Source: Felis catus (taxonomy: Eukaryota). From it: a DNA stretch of 64,000 nucleotides. The stretch is taken from assembly GCF_018350175.1 (NCBI RefSeq), contig NC_058369.1:994001-1058000 (forward strand). The letters are read 5' to 3'. Below the pieces are notes generated by a model. That model was not told where the DNA came from. It saw only the letters and a list, made by a program, of their open reading frames with translations, and searched no databases. The position numbers and the translations under genes were made by a program. Positions 60,430 through 64,000 of this stretch are shown here, in pieces. Numbering within the stretch: the stretch's first letter is position 1; every line of letters begins with the position of its first letter.

Positions 60430-63400
60430 GTAGGAGCGCCGCGCACTGCGCGCGACCCCGGGGGCTCCGGCTCGGGACTCCCCTGCGGGAGCGTCATGTG
60501 CGCCCCTGCCGGTTCGTGCAGCCGCCGAAAGGGAGAAGGGGATTGTGCCGCCTGCCACGCGCCCCCCCCCCCAGCAGCCCGGGAACGGGGAGGGGTCCCT
60601 GGTTCCTTTTACACTGTGGGGAGGATCCCCGAAGCAGCCTGCGGGGTCGCTCATTGTGTGTGTGGTGGTGGTGGGGGGGGGGGCGGTGCCGAGCCCCGGA
60701 CGCGCCGCTGCTCTCGGCTGGGGGCGCCACTCCCCGCCTCCCGAAAAGCCCCTGGCTCCGCTTCCAGCTCCGGGCAGAGGGCCGGGACCGTGCACCCCGC
60801 TGCCGGCGCGGAGGAGGCCGGGGCCGGGCCCGCGCTCAGCCCTCGGCCCCAGCGCGCGCTTCTTTGTAGCTCGGCCTCGGCGATCGATAGCCCCCTCCCC
60901 CTCTCCGGCCGCTGGCAAAGGTCACCCGAGAACGGGCGGGGGAGGGGCGGCCCGGAGGCCTTCACACCCCGGCGGCCGCCTGCCCTGCGCGGTCGCTTCT
61001 GGCCCGGGCGCGCGCACTCCTGCCGGCCTTGCCTTTCCGTCCCGTGTTTCCCTCCTTTCTACCTCTGTCTGTCGGGGCAAACTGGTTTCTATTTATTTTT
61101 CGCTGGATCTTGTTTTTCCTCCCGGTTCCTCCCCACTCTTTCTCCTTCTCTCCGCCGGGCTCTCTTTCTGTCTCTCTCGCTCACATGGACTCTCAGCCCC
61201 CGGCCCCCCTGGGGACCACGCTCCCTCCTCCCTCCCAGCTGACAGCAGCTGGGTCCACACCTGCCCCCAGCGAGGCGGCCTGGCCGGGGCCCCCTCTCCT
61301 GGGTGTCTGTGGGGTGCAGGAGAGGCCCGGCCACTGTCACGGGGAAGGGCCTGACCTGAGTGTGTGTGTGTGTGTGGGGGGGGTCTTTCCCTGGCCGCAG
61401 GGGGAGGGGGCCGCCGCGGGGACAATAGCGGCCTCCGACGACGCGGGATCGATCGCTTCTCTGCACACAGGGGCGAGTGGAGCTGGAGTGGGCTGGCTCT
61501 CAGACTAGGCGCCCCTGGAGCAAGGAGGCAGGGCGGGATTTCTGCCTCCAGCCACCCCGCAGGGAGGGGGGCCGGGGCGAAGGGGCGTAGGCTGCCGCTG
61601 GAGGGGGTTCTGGGTTTGCTCCTCCGGGCCCCCTGGCCTGCTGGACAGCCCGGGGAGCCTGCGCTGACACGTGGCCTCAGTTTCCCCCTTCTGTGGAGCC
61701 TCCTCTAGGCTTCTTAGATTCCCCGCTTTGGGGAGTGGGAAATGAATTCCCCGCATGTGCGGCAGGTGACCCATAGTGCGGGGAGGTCGTCGTGACATCT
61801 CAGAACGGGTGTTAGGAGTCCAGACGTGGGGCTTGTGTAAGGGCGACACCTGTCCTGTCCTGCTCCCCATCGCACATGCAGGGCCACGGGTGCGCTCACA
61901 AGGGACACAGGCGCAGACCGCTCTGTGCGATGCAGGTGACATCGGGTGGCAAAAGGGTGCCCTAAGGTGTCAGATGCTAAGTGGCGCTCGTGGAGACGCG
62001 TGGACATGGGCATTTGACATCTGGCCACACCTGCCACCCTGGGCCTCCTCCCAGCGCATGTATTTCCGGGGACACCTCTAAGAACACATATCACTGTGCA
62101 CTCTTCTCCCACACCTGTGTTACTAAACGGCCCGTCACGAATTGCGGCTGCGCATTTCAGCCCCCACGCCCCCCCCCCAGAGGTGGGCCAGGGCGTCCCA
62201 GAGCCAGGGACCACAGGCGCGAAGTCCATGCCCCGAGGGGTGGGGCAGGGGGTGTCGCTGCTGCGGGCTGAGGGGCGCCCGACTCCCCCGCCTGGGTCTT
62301 CCCTTGCGGGCCCGCGGAGGACTGCAGGTGGGGAAACAGCCGGCCCCCCTTTGGGAAAGTGAAAGTCGGAATCGAGGCTGTCTCGGAGTGCACGGGGCAC
62401 AGGAGCGGGTGAGCGCGGGGCCGAGCCTCGGGCAGGGCGCTCGGGTGCCAGGGATAATGAGTGGGGACCCTGCGGAGCTCCCTCTGCTCGTCCCGCCCCT
62501 GCCCACGCGATGACCCCGCCGACCCGCCGGCTCCACCGCAACTCGGGCGCGCTCCGGGCCGCGTCTACACCACGGGGCTTGGCCTGGGAGTTAGAGGTGG
62601 CCCGGCCCGGGCGAGGGGTAATTAGGCGCCGGCCGGCCGAGAGGCCTTTAGTTCCGGTCGCTGCGCAAATGAAAAGCGGTTAAGTGGCGGCAAATCGCGG
62701 CGCTTACGGGGAGGCAGCGGGGCGCGTCCCCCTCCCAACCACGCCGCCCGGCACGCCAAGGCCTGGAGCCGCTCCAGGTGCCCCGACCCGCTCCCCAACC
62801 CCCCCCCCCCAATCTGGACCCCGCGGGGAGGACTCACCGCCCTGCCGTGCGCTGCGCTCTGGCCAGGCCACCCGTCCCCCCCCACCCCAACCCCCCTGCC
62901 GCCGCCGCCGCCGCCGCCGCCTCTCCCTGTGGTGCCCCCCGGGGGACCGCCCCCGCCGGGCTCGGAGGGAGGAAGACACACGCAGACAGACGGACACAGA
63001 GAGGCAGAGACAGGTAGGGAGAGACAGAGTGACAGAAACAGAGGGGAGAAAAACCAGAGAACTGGAGACAGAAAGAGAAACAGAAAAGGGATGCGGAGAG
63101 AAAAAAGACAAAGAGAGAGAGGCAGAGAAGGGGAGATACTGAAAAGAAGCCGGGAGAGCCCCCCAGGGCAGCTGAGCCGGGGAGGGGGCCCTTAGCCTGC
63201 GCGTCTCCCGGCCCACCCTCCCAGCTCCCCACCTCCCTCCTTCCCAGATCCGGGGCCCAGGGGACAAGGGGTGGCGTCTTTGTTTCCGGGAAGCACCTAA
63301 GGAATCTGGCTGCGTGGCCCTCAGGGGCCACCCCACTGCCCTATGCCGGCCTGCTCTGGGTGCCTCAGTTTACCCATCTGTCAAATGTGTGTGCGCTGGA

Positions 63401-64000
63401 GGGGCCAGGTTCTGGGTCTAACATTCTGAGATTCTGGGACCCGCTGGTCCCGGCAAGGCCCATCCTGCAGGACCCTAACCCCACGGCTGCCGGGCCGGCC
63501 TCGTCTTCCCAGCCCACACCAGGGTCCTGGGAGCACGAGGCTTGGGGGCTGCCTCCTCTTGGAAGCCTCCCAGGCTCTGACTCCAGCAGTAATTGTGGGA
63601 GAGGGACTGGGGGTGGGGGGGAGGGGACTCTCGGCTGGGGCGGGGTGGTCGATGAATTCGAATTACCGTCTCTAATTCATCACCGCCGCCGGTCGATAGC
63701 TTCGGCCTTCTTCAAATATTGTTTAAATTGCAACTCTGGAGGAAAAGTATTTTTTGTAACTGATCAGAAAACATATATATAAAATAAATATTAGAAAGAG
63801 GCGATTGGAAAAGGGTCACCCTCCTCCTTCTTGCCTCACTGGTGAGCCAGGTGCCCAAATCCTGAGGGCTGTTGGAGGCCAGCATGGGGGAAACTGAGGC
63901 AGGAAGGGACCCATTTCTGGAACCAAGTTGCTGATGGCACGTGGCCGGGGCTGGGGGTCTGGAGGGGACGGTCATGGACAGGAAAAGGCAAATCAGGCCT
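60430..64000 (+). other. ONECUT3: ONECUT3 intron 1 (5' part)
   Basis: Starts with a GT donor (phase 1) right after the CUT domain; no homeodomain-coding sequence recognised downstream in the window. Confidence 0.9.
62150..62980. promoter_or_regulatory. intronic CpG island with (GCC)8
   Basis: CpG-dense; GGTAATTAGG at ~62617; GCC repeat at 62898-62921. Confidence 0.6.

Noticed and set aside
58449..60497. 682-aa antisense ORF over exon 1
   Set aside because: Shadow ORF expected from extreme GC content and codon bias; no recognisable domain.
60430..60869. Continuation of the 563-aa ORF past the CUT domain
   Set aside because: Read-through into GC-rich intron 1 after a canonical donor at the conserved ONECUT intron position; the translation has no homeodomain similarity.

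Overview
GC-rich mammalian genomic DNA, almost certainly from a felid, given its many feline Can-SINEs. The window holds ~59 kb of gene-free upstream sequence, then the promoter, coding exon 1 (CUT domain) and the start of intron 1 of ONECUT3 on the + strand (ATG 59232, splice donor after 60429). The homeodomain exon lies outside the window. The upstream region alternates between CpG-island/TAAT-rich non-repeat blocks (candidate enhancers) and repeat-dense blocks (Can-SINEs, old L1, MaLR/ERVL LTRs, hAT DNA transposons, MIR, simple repeats). Nearly all ORFs in the supplied track are GC-rich or low-complexity artefacts. Most notable observations: (1) a 57-bp x4 minisatellite ~13.4 kb upstream of ONECUT3 in which every unit carries a near-consensus REST/NRSF RE1 site; (2) a young Can-SINE carrying an apparent ~57-nt 3' transduction plus a second poly(A) tail inside one TSD pair; (3) ONECUT-type ATCGAT/ATCAAT motifs recurring across the locus, suggesting auto/cross-regulation; (4) a 4-codon uORF, a CRE next to a G4 motif at the promoter, and a GGC-encoded 15-Gly tract. 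Repeat family names come from recalled consensus similarity, not a database search, and repeat boundaries are approximate.
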